NCBI RefSeq assembly: GCF_000143415.4
Contig: NW_003314311.1
Coordinates: 664,181-728,180, forward strand
DNA: 64,000 nt
Origin: Selaginella moellendorffii
Taxonomy: Eukaryota; Plantae; Lycopodiophyta
Direction: 5' to 3'
Part shown: positions 62,729 to 64,000 of the stretch, in pieces
How the letters are laid out: every line of letters begins with the position of its first letter
Position numbering within the stretch: the first letter of the stretch is position 1
Notes under the pieces: model-generated
Told to the model about the DNA's origin: nothing
Seen by the model: only the letters and a program-made list of their open reading frames with translations
The model's database searches: none
Program-made: the position numbers and the translations under genes

Positions 62729-63550
62729 CTAATTCCCGCCAACGACGATATTGCTGATCCCCAGCGGCCGATCCAGCGGCCGATCCGTCTCGTTGCGCGT
62801 CCTCTTCACCTTGGCGCTGCCTAGCGCGCGGTGCCGGAAGCCATAGATCTCCAGGATCTGGTTGTCCGCGAAGTTGAATGCCCGCTCCATCTGCTTGAGG
62901 CATCGCTCCACCGGGTAATCGCCATAGCGGCCGCAGGGCTTGCATCCCACGAAATGCGTCACGAATGGCCACCGATCGTCGCCCAGCCCCGGGTGGTTCT
63001 TCTCGATCATTTCCTCGTACTTGTCCACCAGAATCGCCCAGTAGCCGTGGAGGTAGTAGGAGCTCTCGAGGAAGACGCGATCACCCCAGCGATCGCGCTT
63101 GGTCATGAGGAGGTAGACGAGCGCGGATTGATCGTCGGCCTCGAATGCCGGCCTCCCGGCGAGCGATGCCGTGAGGATCTTCCCGGCCTCGTCGCGGATC
63201 TTCCCCTTCGGCCCCATTGGCGCCCAATCGTCGAGGATGTCGAGCGTCCACTGGCAATTCCGGATGAGGAAGCTGCCGGTGTTGAGGCCGATCCAATTCT
63301 TCTTGTTGTAGACGAGCTCGTCCCAGCCGTGGAGGACGAAGTTGTAGTTCGCGTACTTCTCCATGGGGAGCTCGAAGACCATGTCCGTGAACATCGCGTC
63401 GCTGTCCATCCACCAGATCCATTCCACCTCCGGGTGCGCGAGGAGGAGCTTGCGGAGGAGCGGGAGCTTGGCCCAGTAGCCGGCCATCTCGTGATCGAGA
63501 TGCGCCATGTTGTAGAAGATCTCGATGCCGTGGAGCCGGCAATAGTCCAC
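62729..63550 (-). CDS. GT34 xyloglucan 6-xylosyltransferase (XXT-like), last exon; 5' exon outside the window
   Basis: DYCRLHGIEIFYN, YWAKLPLLRKL, WWMDSDA, LNTGSFLIRNCQW, DDQSAL and WPFVTHFVGCKPC; AG acceptor immediately upstream. Confidence 0.95.
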   Translation of the reverse strand: MDYCRLHGIEIFYNMAHLDHEMAGYWAKLPLLRKLLLAHPEVEWIWWMDSDAMFTDMVFELPMEKYANYNFVLHGWDELVYNKKNWIGLNTGSFLIRNCQWTLDILDDWAPMGPKGKIRDEAGKILTASLAGRPAFEADDQSALVYLLMTKRDRWGDRVFLESSYYLHGYWAILVDKYEEMIEKNHPGLGDDRWPFVTHFVGCKPCGRYGDYPVERCLKQMERAFNFADNQILEIYGFRHRALGSAKVKRTRNETDRPLDRPLGISNIVVGGN

Positions 63551-64000
63551 CTGGGGAAGACGAAGATAGAAAAATTAGGGTTCTTCGAAAAACGAATTTG
63601 GGGGGAACCGATGAGGAAAAATTCTTCCATGTGGGTGATTTCGACCGGAAAAGACTGGAATTTGGAGCTTCGACTGGCAGGACTGGCGAGATGGAAGACT
63701 TTGGAGAATGTGACTTCACCAATTTGAGAGGGATTTTGCAAGAACAGGGGGGAGGAGAGAAATTAGGGTTCTTGGAGGGCAATGTGGTGAAATTCTTGAC
63801 CAGCATTGTCGAAAGATGTGAATTTTCAATGCCCAAAACAAAGGAATGCGAGAAATCTTTGGAAATCCGGAACAAAACGAGAGAAGTCAAGGATTCTCAG
63901 AGCCCGGAGATTAATCCCGACGGAATCTAGAGACCCAAAACTCCAAGCAAGGAAAAGGAGCTCTGGATGAAGCAAAACCAGCAATCCAAGCAGGAGATGG

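Overview
Gene-dense eukaryotic plant DNA with short introns, very short intergenic spacers and telo-boxes. It is most consistent with a lycophyte such as Selaginella; this is inferred from gene content and architecture, not from a search. Genes in order: a frameshifted CYP71-clan P450 3' end, GT37 fucosyltransferase, RIF1, an AT-rich Gnk2/DUF26-like + bulb-lectin fusion ORF, a block of gene fragments (including a glutamyl endopeptidase pseudogene), a LON-N domain protein, a co-oriented PIN / PB1-Raf kinase / TOPLESS trio, MCU, an unrecognised gene head-to-head with RPB4, NTF2, an AT-rich island with decayed retroelements, uridine kinase/UPRT (spanning an N gap), a MYB-related gene, a second AT-rich island, a degenerate papain-like ORF, an SMP-30/NHL-type gene split by an insertion, an Sfi1-like coiled-coil gene, a B-class GATA factor, plastid Cu/Zn-SOD, an unknown gene, an HR-lesion-inducing gene and the 3' exon of a GT34 xylosyltransferase. 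The most unusual object is the 570-bp insertion at 48152-48721: a complete TRIM with 5S-less LTRs joined tail-to-tail to an inverted, related LTR carrying a 5S rRNA-derived (Cassandra-type) domain, bounded by perfect 52-bp inverted repeats and one 5-bp target-site duplication. All homology calls are by-eye recognition of motifs; no searches were run.
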